Source: Escherichia coli 042
Lineage (GTDB): Bacteria > Pseudomonadota > Gammaproteobacteria > Enterobacterales > Enterobacteriaceae
Strand: one strand, 5' to 3'
Length of the DNA stretch: 64,000 nucleotides
Assembly (NCBI RefSeq): GCF_000027125.1
Contig: NC_017626.1
Numbering within the stretch: the first letter of the stretch is position 1; each line of letters starts with the position of its first letter. Made by a program: the position numbers and the translations under genes. Below, in pieces: positions 41,833-54,154 of this stretch. Below the pieces are notes generated by a model that ran no database searches, was not told where the DNA came from, and was given only the letters and a program-made list of their open reading frames with translations.

Positions 41833-42933
41833 TTAGAACTGATAGGTAATGCCCGTTGCGACGATGTTATCGGTGCGAATATCTACGGCACGGGTAAAGT
41901 CGCTTTCATCAATCAGGTTGATTTTATAATCAACATAGGTCGACATATTTTTGTTGAAGAAATACGTCGCACCAACGTCGATATACTCAATCATGTCCTG
42001 GTCGCCGTAGCGGCCCAGATCTCTGCCTTTCGATTTCAGGTAAGCGAGTGATGGGCGCAAGCCGAAGTCGAATTGATATTGTGCCACTACTTCAAAACTT
42101 TGTGCTTTGTTAGAGATATAACCATCGCCATAGGTGGTCATGTTTAATGTTTCAGCGTAATTAGCTGCAAAGTAGATGTTGTTGGCATCATATTTTATAC
42201 CTGTAGCCCACAGTTCTGCATTCTTACCGGAGGCATTGAGAGGATTAGCAGCGGCTCTTTCCTGCGCATTTGTCCGATCGGATTTGGTATACACCGCACC
42301 GATACCAAAGCCATCATAAACATAAGTTGAGGAGATACCGAAACCGTCACCATTGGCACGCGTGTAGTCAGCACCATAAAGATGACCATTGTCAGTGCGT
42401 TCATTTTTGCCTTGATATTGCGCGGCAAAGTTCAGACCTTCAATTAAGCCGAAGAAATCGTAGTTGCGATAGGTTGCCACACCGGTAGTACGGTATGTCA
42501 TGAAGACATCTTTCTGACTCCAGGTATCGCCACCAAATTCTGGCAACATATCGGTCCATGAACCAATGTCATAGCCGACACCGTAGTTACGACCATAGTC
42601 CAGAGAGCCAAATTCACTAATTTTTAAACCTGCATAGGCCAGACGGGTCTTGTTACCGCGCGAGCCGTTGGCTTCATCGTTATAGCCTTTAAAATCATAT
42701 TCCCAGTGACCAAAACCAATCATTTGATCATTGATTTGCGTTTCTCCTTTAAAGCCGAGACGGGCATAAGTTTTATCACCATCGTCACGCTTATCATCAG
42801 TAAAATAACGTAGAGCGGTAACCTTGCCATAAAGGTCGAGTTTATTACCATCCTTGTTATAGACTTCGGCAGCGTGTGCTACGTTCGCAGCTAACAAACC
42901 AGTTACAACCACCGCAACTATTTTTAATTTCAT
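41833..42933 (-). CDS. General porin of the OmpC/OmpF family (intact; yddL-like)
   Basis: 366 aa with signal peptide …AANVAHA, ends in aromatic Y-Q-F, Gly/Tyr-rich beta-strand pattern. Confidence 0.8.
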   Translation of the reverse strand: MKLKIVAVVVTGLLAANVAHAAEVYNKDGNKLDLYGKVTALRYFTDDKRDDGDKTYARLGFKGETQINDQMIGFGHWEYDFKGYNDEANGSRGNKTRLAYAGLKISEFGSLDYGRNYGVGYDIGSWTDMLPEFGGDTWSQKDVFMTYRTTGVATYRNYDFFGLIEGLNFAAQYQGKNERTDNGHLYGADYTRANGDGFGISSTYVYDGFGIGAVYTKSDRTNAQERAAANPLNASGKNAELWATGIKYDANNIYFAANYAETLNMTTYGDGYISNKAQSFEVVAQYQFDFGLRPSLAYLKSKGRDLGRYGDQDMIEYIDVGATYFFNKNMSTYVDYKINLIDESDFTRAVDIRTDNIVATGITYQF

Positions 42934-43191
42934 TTAACAGAATCCTTTTAATTATCGTTAAACGTATTTTCTAAACGAATTTTAAACGGCGTCATTTATA
43001 AATGACATACTGTTTTTAAAATAGAATGGTGATTAAAAACAATGAGAAAAATAGATGAAATAATATTATTTATCGATATGTGATCGAAGTCGAAATGAAA
43101 TATAAGGTGAACTACTGGTATTTGAAATTTATTTTTTTATATTGTCGGAATTTATCTGATTAACTGCCGGGCCGTAGACCCGACAATTATT

Positions 43192-44073
43192 TTAGCCACG
43201 ACGTGTCGCCAGCCAGCAGAGCAGGGAACCGCCGCAGACCATTAGCGCGCCTTGCCAGAACGAGAACGACAGCGGGGCGCTGAGCAGCACGGCTGCAAGC
43301 GCTGAGGAAAGGACGGGCGTAAAATACGAACCTACCGCCATAATGGTGACGTTGCCATGTAATATACCGACGTTCCATGCAGCATAAGCAAATCCTAAGG
43401 TAAATGCCGCAGAGATGAGTTTAATCATGACTGGCGTGCTAAATACCATTTCTGGTTGTGGCGTGAGAAAATAGTAAACCCACAGACTTGCTCCCGTTAG
43501 CAGGACAAAAACGGTAATTCCGTTAAATCCGCGTGCGTATTTATTCGTTACTGTGCAGTAGGCTGCCCAGATAAACGCACCAATAAACGCCAGGAAATAA
43601 CTCAATGGGCTGGTGGTGATATTATTGATGATTTCATCATAATGTAACCCATTGTCACCACCTAACACCCAGCAGACGCCAACCAGGGCTAATAATAATC
43701 CTGGTACAATCAGCCAGTTGGTTTTCTGACCATTAAACAGAATGGCAAAGAGAATTGTCAGGCTGGGCCACAGATAGTTCACCATACCCACTTCAATCGC
43801 CTGATGACGGGTCGCCGCATATCCTAAGGAAAGCGCCAGACAGATTTCATAGCTGACGAATAACAGACACCCGGCGAGTAAATAGCCTTTCGGGATCTGC
43901 CGAATACGCGGAAATCCAACCGTGAAGATTAACAGCAGCCCGCTTAATGAATAGATAGCAGCTGCGCCGCCGACCGGGCCGAGCCCCTCACTGACACCGC
44001 GAATCAATCCTACCATCGTGCTCCACAGGACGATCGCTATTAGCCCTATGAGCGTTGCTTTTTGTCGTGTCAT
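43192..44073 (-). CDS. yddG: Aromatic amino acid exporter (DMT superfamily)
   Basis: 293 aa, 10-TM EamA-type. Confidence 0.9.
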   Translation of the reverse strand: MTRQKATLIGLIAIVLWSTMVGLIRGVSEGLGPVGGAAAIYSLSGLLLIFTVGFPRIRQIPKGYLLAGCLLFVSYEICLALSLGYAATRHQAIEVGMVNYLWPSLTILFAILFNGQKTNWLIVPGLLLALVGVCWVLGGDNGLHYDEIINNITTSPLSYFLAFIGAFIWAAYCTVTNKYARGFNGITVFVLLTGASLWVYYFLTPQPEMVFSTPVMIKLISAAFTLGFAYAAWNVGILHGNVTIMAVGSYFTPVLSSALAAVLLSAPLSFSFWQGALMVCGGSLLCWLATRRG

Positions 44074-44226
44074 GCTCGCTGTTTTGTCTCTCTTGCCGTT
44101 AAAAATTAAGCTGAATTTTATAGCATTTTTTTAACTGGCCTGTCAGGCAGTGGTGCGTTTTTCTACCGCTATTGAGGTAGGTCAATTTGCGCAGGCGGAT
44201 TATTTTGTGGCAAACACGTGTTCTTT

Positions 44227-44240
44227 TTGATTTCGCGCAA
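44227..44240 (+). promoter_or_regulatory. Possible FNR half-site region in fdnG promoter
   Basis: TTGAT-TTCG-CGCAA resembles TTGAT-N4-ATCAA, ~65 nt upstream of the fdnG ATG. Confidence 0.3.
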
Positions 44241-44304
44241 AAAGATTCAGAATTTTGCTGTTAGTTTCCTCGCGCAGTAATACCCCTGAAAAAAGAGGAA
44301 AGCA

Positions 44305-47300
44305 ATGGACGTCAGTCGCAGACAATTTTTTAAAATCTGCGCGGGCGGTATGGCTGGAACAACGGTAGCGGCATTGGGCTTTGCCCCGAAGCAAGCACTG
44401 GCTCAGGCGCGAAACTATAAATTATTACGCGCGAAAGAGATCCGTAACACCTGCACATACTGTTCCGTAGGTTGCGGGCTATTGATGTATAGCCTGGGTG
44501 ATGGCGCGAAAAACGCCAGAGAAGCGATTTATCACATTGAAGGTGACCCGGATCATCCGGTAAGCCGTGGTGCGCTGTGCCCGAAAGGGGCCGGTTTGCT
44601 GGATTACGTCAACAGCGAAAACCGTCTGCGCTACCCGGAATATCGTGCGCCAGGTTCTGACAAATGGCAGCGCATTAGCTGGGATGAAGCATTCTCCCGT
44701 ATTGCGAAGCTGATGAAAGCTGACCGTGACGCTAACTTTATTGAAAAGAACGAGCAGGGCGTAACGGTAAACCGTTGGCTTTCTACCGGTATGCTGTGTG
44801 CCTCCGGTGCCAGCAACGAAACCGGGATGCTGACTCAAAAATTTGCCCGCTCCCTCGGGATGCTGGCGGTAGACAACCAGGCGCGCGTCTGACACGGACC
44901 AACGGTAGCAAGTCTTGCTCCAACATTTGGTCGCGGTGCGATGACCAACCACTGGGTGGATATCAAAAACGCTAACGTCGTGATGGTGATGGGCGGTAAC
45001 GCTGCTGAAGCGCATCCCGTCGGTTTCCGCTGGGCGATGGAAGCGAAAAACAACAACGATGCAACCTTGATCGTTGTCGATCCCCGTTTTACGCGTACCG
45101 CTTCTGTGGCGGATATTTACGCACCTATTCGTTCCGGTACGGACATTACGTTCCTGTCTGGCGTTTTGCGCTACCTGATCGAAAACAACAAAATCAACGC
45201 CGAATACGTTAAGCATTACACCAACGCCAGCCTGCTGGTGCGTGATGATTTTGCTTTCGAAGATGGCCTGTTCAGCGGTTATGACGCTGAAAAACGCCAG
45301 TACGATAAATCGTCCTGGAACTATCAGTTCGATGAAAACGGCTATGCGAAACGCGATGAAACACTGACTCATCCGCGCTGTGTGTGGAACTTGCTGAAAG
45401 AGCACGTTTCCCGCTACACGCCGGACGTCGTTGAAAACATCTGCGGTACGCCAAAAGCAGACTTCCTGAAAGTGTGTGAAGTGCTGGCCTCCACCAGCGC
45501 GCCGGATCGCACAACCACCTTCCTGTACGCGCTGGGCTGGACGCAGCACACCGTGGGTGCGCAGAACATCCGCACCATGGCGATGATCCAATTGCTGCTC
45601 GGTAACATGGGTATGGCTGGTGGCGGCGTGAACGCATTGCGTGGTCACTCCAACATTCAGGGCCTGACCGACTTAGGTCTGCTCTCAACCAGCCTGCCGG
45701 GTTATCTGACGCTGCCGTCAGAAAAACAGGTTGATTTGCAGTCGTATCTGGAAGCGAATACGCCGAAAGCGACGCTGGCTGATCAGGTGAACTACTGGAG
45801 CAACTATCCGAAGTTCTTCGTTAGCCTGATGAAATCTTTCTACGGTGATGCTGCACAGAAAGAGAACAACTGGGGCTATGACTGGCTGCCGAAGTGGGAC
45901 CAGACCTACGACGTCATCAAGTATTTCAACATGATGGATGAAGGCAAAGTCACCGGTTATTTCTGCCAGGGCTTTAACCCGGTTGCGTCCTTCCCGGACA
46001 AAAACAAAGTGGTGAGCTGCCTGAGCAAGCTGAAGTACATGGTGGTTATCGATCCGCTGGTGACTGAAACCTCTACCTTCTGGCAGAACCACGGCGAGTC
46101 GAACGATGTCGATCCGGCGTCCATTCAGACTGAAGTATTCCGTCTGCCTTCGACCTGCTTTGCTGAAGAAGATGGTTCTATTGCTAACTCCGGTCGCTGG
46201 TTGCAGTGGCACTGGAAAGGTCAGGACGCGCCGGGCGAAGCGCGTAACGACGGCGAAATTCTGGCGGGTATCTACCATCATCTGCGCGAGCTGTACCAGG
46301 CCGAAGGTGGTAAAGGCGTAGAACCGCTGATGAAGATGAGCTGGAACTACAAGCAGCCGCACGAACCGCAATCTGACGAAGTAGCTAAAGAGAACAACGG
46401 CTACGCGCTGGAAGATCTCTATGATGCCAATGGCGTGCTGATTGCGAAGAAAGGTCAGTTGCTGAGTAGCTTTGCGCATCTGCGTGATGACGGTACAACC
46501 GCATCTTCTTGCTGGATCTACACCGGTAGCTGGACAGAGCAGGGCAACCAGATGGCTAACCGCGATAACTCCGACCCGTCCGGTCTGGGGAATACGCTGG
46601 GATGGGCCTGGGCGTGGCCGCTCAACCGTCGCGTACTCTACAACCGTGCTTCGGCGGATATCAACGGTAAACCGTGGGATCCGAAACGGATGCTGATCCA
46701 GTGGAACGGCAGCAAGTGGACGGGTAACGATATTCCGGACTTCGGCAATGCCGCGCCAGGTACACCAACCGGACCGTTTATCATGCAGCCGGAAGGGATG
46801 GGACGCCTGTTTGCCATCAACAAAATGGCGGAAGGTCCGTTCCCGGAACACTACGAGCCAATCGAAACGCCGCTGGGCACTAACCCGCTGCATCCGAACG
46901 TGGTGTCTAACCCGGTTGTTCGTCTGTATGAACAAGACGCGCTGCGGATGGGTAAAAAAGAGCAGTTCCCGTATGTGGGTACGACCTATCGTCTGACCGA
47001 GCACTTCCACACCTGGACCAAGCACGCGTTGCTCAACGCAATTGCTCAGCCGGAACAGTTTGTGGAAATCAGCGAAACGCTGGCGGCGGCGAAAGGCATT
47101 AATAATGGCGATCGTGTCACTGTCTCAAGCAAGCGTGGATTTATCCGCGCGGTGGCGGTGGTAACGCGCCGTCTGAAACCGCTGAATGTAAACGGTCAGC
47201 AGGTTGAAACGGTGGGTATTCCAATCCACTGGGGCTTTGAGGGTGTCGCGCGTAAAGGTTATATCGCTAACACTCTGACGCCGAATGTCGGTGATGCAAA

Positions 47301-47352
47301 CTCGCAAACGCCGGAATATAAAGCGTTCTTAGTCAACATCGAGAAGGCGTAA
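44305..47352 (+). CDS. fdnG: Formate dehydrogenase-N alpha subunit (selenoprotein; in-frame UGA = Sec at 44890-44892)
   Basis: Track ORFs 44305-44892 and 44941-47352 are in the same frame, split only by TGA; Tat signal RRQFFK; sequence around Sec …ARV-U-HGPTVASLAPTFGRGAMTN. Confidence 0.9.
44893..44935 (+). promoter_or_regulatory. SECIS stem-loop directing selenocysteine insertion in fdnG
   Basis: Immediately 3' of the in-frame UGA; …CGGTAGCAAGTCTTGCTCC… can form a hairpin. Confidence 0.6.
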
Positions 47353-47364
47353 GGGGGCGAACAG

Positions 47365-48249
47365 ATGGCTATGGAAACGCAGGACATTATCAAAAGGTCC
47401 GCAACTAACTCCATCACGCCGCCTTCTCAGGTGCGTGATTACAAAGCAGAAGTCGCGAAACTTATCGACGTTTCCACCTGTATCGGTTGTAAAGCCTGTC
47501 AGGTGGCGTGTTCGGAGTGGAACGACATCCGTGATGAAGTGGGGCACTGCATCGGGGTTTACGATAACCCCGCCGATCTGAGCGCCAAGTCCTGGACGGT
47601 GATGCGCTTTAGCGAAACCGAACAGAACGGCAAGCTGGAGTGGCTGATCCGTAAAGACGGCTGTATGCACTGTGAAGATCCGGGCTGCCTGAAGGCGTGC
47701 CCGTCTGCTGGTGCAATCATTCAGTACGCTAACGGGATTGTCGATTTCCAGTCGGAAAACTGCATCGGCTGTGGTTACTGCATTGCCGGGTGTCCGTTTA
47801 ATATTCCGCGCCTCAACAAAGAGGATAACCGGGTATATAAATGCACGCTCTGCGTCGATCGCGTCAGCGTCGGCCAGGAACCGGCTTGTGTGAAAACCTG
47901 TCCGACCGGGGCTATCCACTTCGGCACCAAGAAGGAGATGCTGGAGCTGGCGGAACAGCGCGTGGCGAAACTGAAAGCGCGTGGTTACGAACATGCTGGC
48001 GTCTACAACCCGGAAGGGGTCGGTGGTACGCACGTTATGTACGTGCTGCATCACGCCGATCAGCCGGAGCTGTATCACGGTCTGCCGAAAGATCCGAAGA
48101 TCGACACCTCGGTAAGCCTGTGGAAAGGCGCGCTGAAACCGCTGGCAGCGGCTGGCTTTATTGCCACTTTTGCCGGGTTGATTTTCCACTACATCGGTAT
48201 TGGCCCGAATAAGGAAGTGGACGATGACGAGGAGGATCATCATGAGTAA
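47365..48249 (+). CDS. fdnH: Formate dehydrogenase-N beta subunit (4Fe-4S)
   Basis: 294 aa with four CxxCxxCxxxCP clusters and C-terminal TM anchor. Confidence 0.9.
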   Translation: MAMETQDIIKRSATNSITPPSQVRDYKAEVAKLIDVSTCIGCKACQVACSEWNDIRDEVGHCIGVYDNPADLSAKSWTVMRFSETEQNGKLEWLIRKDGCMHCEDPGCLKACPSAGAIIQYANGIVDFQSENCIGCGYCIAGCPFNIPRLNKEDNRVYKCTLCVDRVSVGQEPACVKTCPTGAIHFGTKKEMLELAEQRVAKLKARGYEHAGVYNPEGVGGTHVMYVLHHADQPELYHGLPKDPKIDTSVSLWKGALKPLAAAGFIATFAGLIFHYIGIGPNKEVDDDEEDHHE

Positions 48250-48895
48250 GTCGAAAATGATTGTGCGCACCAAATTTATTGATCGCGCCTGTCACTGGAC
48301 CGTGGTGATTTGCTTCTTCCTGGTGGCGCTGTCCGGGATTTCGTTCTTCTTCCCGACGCTGCAATGGCTGACGCAAACCTTCGGTACGCCGCAGATGGGA
48401 CGCATTTTGCACCCGTTCTTCGGCATTGCGATTTTCGTCGCGCTGATGTTTATGTTTGTGCGTTTTGTGCATCACAACATCCCGGATAAGAAAGATATTC
48501 CGTGGCTGTTGAACATTGTCGAAGTATTAAAAGGCAATGAGCACAAAGTGGCGGATGTCGGTAAGTACAACGCCGGGCAAAAGATGATGTTCTGGTCGAT
48601 CATGAGCATGATTTTCGTGCTGCTGGTGACCGGGGTGATTATCTGGCGTCCGTACTTTGCGCAGTACTTCCCGATACAGGTTGTCCGTTATAGCCTGCTG
48701 ATCCACGCGGCTGCGGGTATCATCCTGATCCACGCCATCCTGATCCATATGTATATGGCATTCTGGGTGAAAGGATCGATTAAAGGGATGATCGAAGGAA
48801 AGGTGAGCCGTCGCTGGGCGAAGAAACACCATCCACGCTGGTATCGTGAAATCGAGAAGGCAGAAGCGAAAAAAGAGAGTGAAGAAGGGATATAA
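48242..48895 (+). CDS. fdnI: Formate dehydrogenase-N gamma subunit (cytochrome b556)
   Basis: 217 aa from ATG at 48242 overlapping the fdnH stop; 4 TM. Confidence 0.9.
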   Translation: MSKSKMIVRTKFIDRACHWTVVICFFLVALSGISFFFPTLQWLTQTFGTPQMGRILHPFFGIAIFVALMFMFVRFVHHNIPDKKDIPWLLNIVEVLKGNEHKVADVGKYNAGQKMMFWSIMSMIFVLLVTGVIIWRPYFAQYFPIQVVRYSLLIHAAAGIILIHAILIHMYMAFWVKGSIKGMIEGKVSRRWAKKHHPRWYREIEKAEAKKESEEGI

Positions 48896-48949
48896 TCTCT
48901 TTTGAACTTTAAGCTGAAAATGGCGCTGTAAAAGGCGTCATTTTCATAT

Positions 48950-49080
48950 TGTAGACAACGTAGGCTTTGTTCATGCCGGATGCGGCGTGACGCCTTATCC
49001 GGCCTACAAACCCTTCAAATCCAATAGATTGCAGTGAACTTGTAGGCCTGATAAGCGTAGCGCATCAGGCAATGTTGCGT
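48950..49080. repeat. REP element cluster downstream of fdnI
   Basis: Inverted copies GCCGGATGCGGCGTGACGCCTTATCCGGCCTACAA … GTAGGCCTGATAAGCGTAGCGCATCAGGC. Confidence 0.7.
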
Positions 49081-49122
49081 TTGTCATCAGTTCTAAATGG
49101 CGCTTTATAAAGTGCCATTTTT

Positions 49123-49407
49123 TTATTGCGTAACCAGACGGCGTAATCGCGACACATCCACCGTTTTTTCAGCCTCTGCCAGACTCCAGGCGTTTTGCAG
49201 ATTCAGCCACATTTGCGGCGAACTGCCGATCACCACGGAAAGTTTAATTGCCATTTCTGGCGTCAAAGCTGCTTTTCCGGTCAGCAATCGGCTTGCCGTT
49301 GAGGGCGCAATTTCCATTGCTCTGGCAAACTCGCGCAGGCTGACATTAAGTTCGTCCAGTGATTCCTGAATAATGTCCCCCGGGCGGGGATGATTGGCCA
49401 TTTTCAT
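49123..49407 (-). CDS. yddM: HigA-like antitoxin (XRE-family HTH)
   Basis: 94 aa with HTH ([22 protein letters not shown]); immediately downstream of and 1-nt overlapping a RelE/HigB-like ORF. Confidence 0.8.
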
Positions 49408-49685
49408 CAGTGATAGTCCTCGTAATCCAGTATGTATGCATCGCCATTGACGAATTCAAATGTGATTCGCCAGTTGCCCGAGACAGATATCGCCCAAATT
49501 CCATCGCGATCGCCGCTTAACGGGTGTAGTCGGTAACCGGGCATATCGATATCAGCAAGACAGCTTGCCGCATCAATCACAGCAAGTCGATGGCGTAATC
49601 GTTTGACTTGCGTCGGTATAACGCCGGAGGTTTTGCCGAGAAGAAACAAGTCACGCAATCCCTTGTGTCTGAAATTCATTATCAT
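49407..49685 (-). CDS. HigB-like toxin (RelE/ParE superfamily mRNA interferase)
   Basis: 92 aa small basic protein upstream of the HTH antitoxin; toxin-first order typical of HigBA; ATGA start/stop overlap. Confidence 0.65.
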
Positions 49686-49870
49686 CTCTTCATCCTTGTT
49701 CCCTCGAAAGGAACACTATCACTATTGTTCCGTGCAGCGCAACAAATTTCGCTACGTTTTCGCGAATTGTGAGGGGAAAGATGGGGGAGGAAAAGAAGAA
49801 GAGTGAAATTGCGGAAAGCGTCTCGCAAAACAGGCTGCGACCCGAACATGGCAGTCGCAGCAAAGGCTTC

Positions 49871-50881
49871 TTAGCGGCGGAAATCAATCACCATACGGCC
49901 ACGGATTTTGCCTTCTTCCATCTCAGTAAAGATGGTGTTGATGTCCGCTAACGGACGCAGGGCGACTTTCGGCACCACTTTGCCTTCGGCGGCAAACTGG
50001 AAGGCTTCGGTGAGATCCTGGCGCGTGCCGACCAGCGAACCGACCACTTCAATACCATCCAGCACCAGCCGTGGGATATCCAGGCTCATAGACTCCGGCG
50101 GCAGACCGACTGCCACAACACGCCCGCCTGCACGAACGGCATCGACCGCAGAGTTAAACGCAGCTTTAGCTACCGCTGTCACCACCGCAGCGTGTGCACC
50201 ACCGGTTTTCTCCTGCACAATTTTGGCGGCGTCTTCGGTGCGTGAGTTAATCGCTAAATCTGCACCCATTTCGGTTGCCAGTTTCAACTGCTCATCATTG
50301 ACATCAATGGCGATCACTTTGGCGTTAAAGACATTCTTCGCGTATTGCAGGGCGAGGTTACCCAGACCGCCAAGACCGTAGATAGCAATCCACTGCCCTG
50401 GACGAATTTTTGACAGCTTAACGGCTTTGTAGGTGGTGACCCCCGCACAGGTAATGCTGCTGGCCGCCGCCGAGTCCAGACCATCTGGCACTTTTACCGC
50501 GTAATCGGCGACCACGATGCACTCTTCCGCCATCCCGCCATCAACGCTGTATCCGGCATTTTTAACTGAACGGCAGAGCGTTTCGTTACCACTGTTACAG
50601 TATTCGCAATGACCGCATCCTTCGTAAAACCACGCCACGCTGGCACGATCGCCTGGTTTTAATGAGGTGACACCTGGGCCAACTTCTGCCACCACACCGA
50701 TGCCTTCATGGCCCAGAATTACGCCGGTTTTGTCACCAAAATCGCCATTCTTAACATGAAGATCGGTGTGACATACACCACAACACTCCATTTTCAGCAG
50801 GGCTTCGCCATGTTTCAGTGAGCGCAGTGTTTTATCCGTAACGTCAACATGATGATCCTTCGTAACAACTGCAGCCTTCAT
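49871..50881 (-). CDS. adhP: Zn-dependent alcohol dehydrogenase, propanol-preferring
   Basis: 336 aa from ATG at 50881; MDR motifs GHEGIG and GLGGLG. Confidence 0.9.
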   Translation of the reverse strand: MKAAVVTKDHHVDVTDKTLRSLKHGEALLKMECCGVCHTDLHVKNGDFGDKTGVILGHEGIGVVAEVGPGVTSLKPGDRASVAWFYEGCGHCEYCNSGNETLCRSVKNAGYSVDGGMAEECIVVADYAVKVPDGLDSAAASSITCAGVTTYKAVKLSKIRPGQWIAIYGLGGLGNLALQYAKNVFNAKVIAIDVNDEQLKLATEMGADLAINSRTEDAAKIVQEKTGGAHAAVVTAVAKAAFNSAVDAVRAGGRVVAVGLPPESMSLDIPRLVLDGIEVVGSLVGTRQDLTEAFQFAAEGKVVPKVALRPLADINTIFTEMEEGKIRGRMVIDFRR

Positions 50882-51014
50882 AGTTCCTCCTTTTCGGATG
50901 ATGTTCTGCATAGCAGGTGAGGCAAATGAGATTTATTCGCCACTACCCAGTATGGATGAGATCTGAAAAAGGGAGAGGGAAATTGCCCGGTAGCCTTCAC
51001 TACCGGGCGCAGGC

Positions 51015-52712
51015 TTAGATGGAGGTACGGCGGTAGTCGCGGTATTCGGCCTGCCAGAAATTATCATCAATGGCCTGTTGCAGAGCTTCGGCGGAGGTTT
51101 TCACCGCCACGCCTTGCTGCTGCGCCATTTTGCCAACCGCAAAGGCAATTGCGCGGGAGACTTTCTGAATATCTTTCAGTTCCGGTAGTACCAGACCTTC
51201 GCCGTTCAGGACCAGCGGCGAATACTGAGCAAGCGTTTCACTTGCCGACATCAGCATCTCATCGGTGATACGTGACGCGCCGGAAGCAATAACGCCCAGC
51301 CCGATGCCCGGGAAAATAAAGGCGTTGTTACACTGGGCGATAGGGTAGATTTTATCTTTCCATACCACTGGGTTAAACGGACTGCCAGTGGCGACCAGCG
51401 CGTTACCTTCAGTCCAGGCGATAATGTCCTGCGGTGTGGCTTCCACGCGTGAAGTCGGGTTAGACAGCGGCATCACGATCGGACGCGGACAGTGTTTATG
51501 CATCTCACGGATGATCTCTTCCGTAAACAGCCCGGTCTGTCCTGAGACGCCAATCAGAATATCTGGTTTTACATTACGCACCACATCCAGCAGTGACAGC
51601 ACATCGCTGTCGGTATCCCAGTCACTGAGGTTTTCGCGTTTCTGCACCAGTTTGGTCTGGAAAGGCAGCAGGTTCGGCATCTTGTCGGTCAGCAGGCCAA
51701 AGCGATCGACCATAAAGACTTTCTGCCGCGCCGCTTCCTCGCTTAATCCTTCGCGCTGGGTCTGGGCGATGATCATTTCGGCAATGCCGCATCCCGCTGA
51801 ACCTGCGCCAAGGAAGACGATTTTTTTCTCGCTCAGTTGACCACCCGCCGCGCGGCTGGCTGCGATCAGTGTGCCGACCGTTACCGCCGCGGTGCCCTGA
51901 ATGTCATCGTTAAAAGAACAAATTTCATTGCGATAGCGGTTAAGTAACGGCATCGCATTTTTTTGTGCGAAGTCTTCAAACTGCAACAGCACGTCCGGCC
52001 AGCGTTGTTTCACAGCCTGGATAAATTCATCAACGAATTCATAGTATTCGTCGTCAGTGATACGCGGATTACGCCAGCCCATATACAGCGGATCGTTAAG
52101 CAGCTGTTGGTTGTTCGTTCCGACATCCAGCACCACCGGAAGGGTATACGCCGGGCTGATGCCGCCACAAGCGGTATAGAGCGACAGTTTACCGATCGGA
52201 ATGCCCATCCCGCCGATGCCCTGGTCACCAAGCCCCAGAATACGTTCGCCGTCAGTCACCACAATCACTTTAATATTATGGTTCGGCACGTTTTGCAGAA
52301 TATCGTCCATATTGTGGCGGTTCTGGTAAGAGATAAACACGCCGCGTGAACGGCGGTAGATCTCAGAAAAACGCTCACAGGCTGCGCCGACGGTTGGGGT
52401 ATAAATAACAGGCATCATCTCATCAAGATGATTGTTTACCAGACGGTAGAAGAGGGTTTCGTTAGTGTCCTGGATGTTACGCAGGTAGATGTGTTTGTCG
52501 ATTTCGGTTTTGAATCCCTGATACTGGATCCATGCTCGTTCCGCTTGTTCTTCGATGGTTTCGACCACTTCCGGCAGTAACCCCAGCAGGTTGAAGTTAC
52601 GGCGTTCTTCCATGCTGAAGGCGCTGCCTTTATTCAACAACGGAAATTCCAGCAGTACAGGGCCAGCGTAAGGAATATAAAGCGAACGCTGTTTTTTTGT
52701 TTTTGGTTCCAT
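51015..52712 (-). CDS. maeA: NAD-dependent malic enzyme
   Basis: 565 aa from ATG at 52712 ([10 protein letters not shown]…); malic enzyme signature. Confidence 0.9.
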   Translation of the reverse strand: MEPKTKKQRSLYIPYAGPVLLEFPLLNKGSAFSMEERRNFNLLGLLPEVVETIEEQAERAWIQYQGFKTEIDKHIYLRNIQDTNETLFYRLVNNHLDEMMPVIYTPTVGAACERFSEIYRRSRGVFISYQNRHNMDDILQNVPNHNIKVIVVTDGERILGLGDQGIGGMGIPIGKLSLYTACGGISPAYTLPVVLDVGTNNQQLLNDPLYMGWRNPRITDDEYYEFVDEFIQAVKQRWPDVLLQFEDFAQKNAMPLLNRYRNEICSFNDDIQGTAAVTVGTLIAASRAAGGQLSEKKIVFLGAGSAGCGIAEMIIAQTQREGLSEEAARQKVFMVDRFGLLTDKMPNLLPFQTKLVQKRENLSDWDTDSDVLSLLDVVRNVKPDILIGVSGQTGLFTEEIIREMHKHCPRPIVMPLSNPTSRVEATPQDIIAWTEGNALVATGSPFNPVVWKDKIYPIAQCNNAFIFPGIGLGVIASGASRITDEMLMSASETLAQYSPLVLNGEGLVLPELKDIQKVSRAIAFAVGKMAQQQGVAVKTSAEALQQAIDDNFWQAEYRDYRRTSI

Positions 52713-52868
52713 GTCACTCACTCTTTTTTGAATATCCATCCCTGGCACGCTTTTATCGTCTTTGCTTTACCGCCAGGGCGTCGGCCCCAAGTATAAAGCA
52801 GATAAAAACAAAAACACCATTGCGCAGGCAATGGTGTTTAATCGTCATTGAGGACTGATGGTTATGAA

Positions 52869-53006
52869 TTACTTTTCAGCGGGGCGTTTTCTGCCGGTTG
52901 GGTTATTTACCACGCTGGATTTGTCACCTTCGGTAACTATTTTGCGCTGGTTAGAAATTTTATGGTCCAGTCCAAGAATATGACGTGCCTGACGGTTCGA
53001 TTTCAT
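52869..53006 (-). CDS. sra: Stationary-phase ribosome-associated protein Sra (RpsV), 45 aa
   Basis: Manual translation [45 protein letters not shown]; not in track (below size cut-off). Confidence 0.85.
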
Positions 53007-53107
53007 TTTAACTCCTCAATCCTGTTGCTAGTTTTAAGGACAACATCGCCGTAGCGAAGAAACACGTGCTAAACCCCTAAATTAGGTTGCCGATCAAGCA
53101 TAGCACC

Positions 53108-53323
53108 TTAAAGCGTAGGGTGCTGGCCACTGACCACATAATTGATCGTTTGCTGGTAGATATCACTGAGGATGTCGTTATCAGAAGCTTCCACCCATTT
53201 GGTCAGCTCCATGAGAATGTCATCTTCAGTGACAACACCGTGCTCTGCCCGAAGGCCTTGCTCAATGGCATTAACCAGAGCGGGTTCTGCTGTTGAATTT
53301 TCTGCCTGATAATAAGTAAACAT
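53108..53323 (-). CDS. bdm: Biofilm-dependent modulation protein Bdm
   Basis: 71 aa from internal ATG (MFTYYQAENSTAEP…). Confidence 0.85.
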   Translation of the reverse strand: MFTYYQAENSTAEPALVNAIEQGLRAEHGVVTEDDILMELTKWVEASDNDILSDIYQQTINYVVSGQHPTL

Positions 53324-53667
53324 AGCGATTCTCCGTGTCTGTGTATTTTTGGTGTCTGCTACGGATCGCAGATATATAAAGCACATTCAGCATGGCAAAT
53401 ATTTGCCGCTTCGTTGTTAAGATTAGTCCTGGTTGATAATTTTTATATTATAACACCATGATATTCATAGGGATTGTAATTGGGGCGATCCGATTAATAT
53501 TGATACAATATCTTTTGGATTATATATTCCCCGTTATCTATTGTGGGAATTTAATTTAAGTACAGAGATAATGTTTTCGCCGGATTTTATTCGGAATATC
53601 CTGCTTATCCTCGTGCGGTTTCTCACGTAGTCTATAATTTCCTTTTTAAGCCCACAGGAGAGCAACA

Positions 53668-54099
53668 ATGACAATCCATAAGAAAGGTCAGGCACACTGG
53701 GAAGGCGATATCAAACGCGGGAAGGGAACTGTATCCACCGAGAGCGGCGTGCTGAACCAACAGCCGTATGGATTTAACACGCGTTTTGAAGGCGAAAAAG
53801 GAACCAACCCTGAAGAACTGATTGGCGCAGCGCATGCCGCATGTTTCTCAATGGCGCTTTCATTAATGCTGGGGGAAGCGGGATTCACGCCAACATCGAT
53901 TGATACCACCGCCGATGTGTCGCTGGATAAAGTGGATGCAGGTTTTGCGATTACTAAAATCGCACTGAAGAGCGAAGTTGCGGTGCCGGGTATTGATGCC
54001 TCTACTTTTGACGGCATTATCCAGAAAGCAAAAGCAGGATGCCCGGTTTCTCAGGTACTGAAAGCTGAAATTACGCTTGATTACCAGTTGAAATCGTAA
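53668..54099 (+). CDS. osmC: Osmotically inducible peroxiredoxin OsmC
   Basis: 143 aa OsmC/Ohr family with the two conserved Cys. Confidence 0.9.
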   Translation: MTIHKKGQAHWEGDIKRGKGTVSTESGVLNQQPYGFNTRFEGEKGTNPEELIGAAHAACFSMALSLMLGEAGFTPTSIDTTADVSLDKVDAGFAITKIALKSEVAVPGIDASTFDGIIQKAKAGCPVSQVLKAEITLDYQLKS

Positions 54100-54154
54100 A
54101 GCGTTGCCGGATGACGCGTCAGGCGCGTGATTGCCTGATGCGTTGTTAGCGTCT

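Noticed and set aside
44479-47025. Long minus-strand ORFs (389 aa and 435 aa) inside fdnG
   Set aside because: Antisense to the selenoprotein fdnG; translations are Arg/His-rich with no domain signature.
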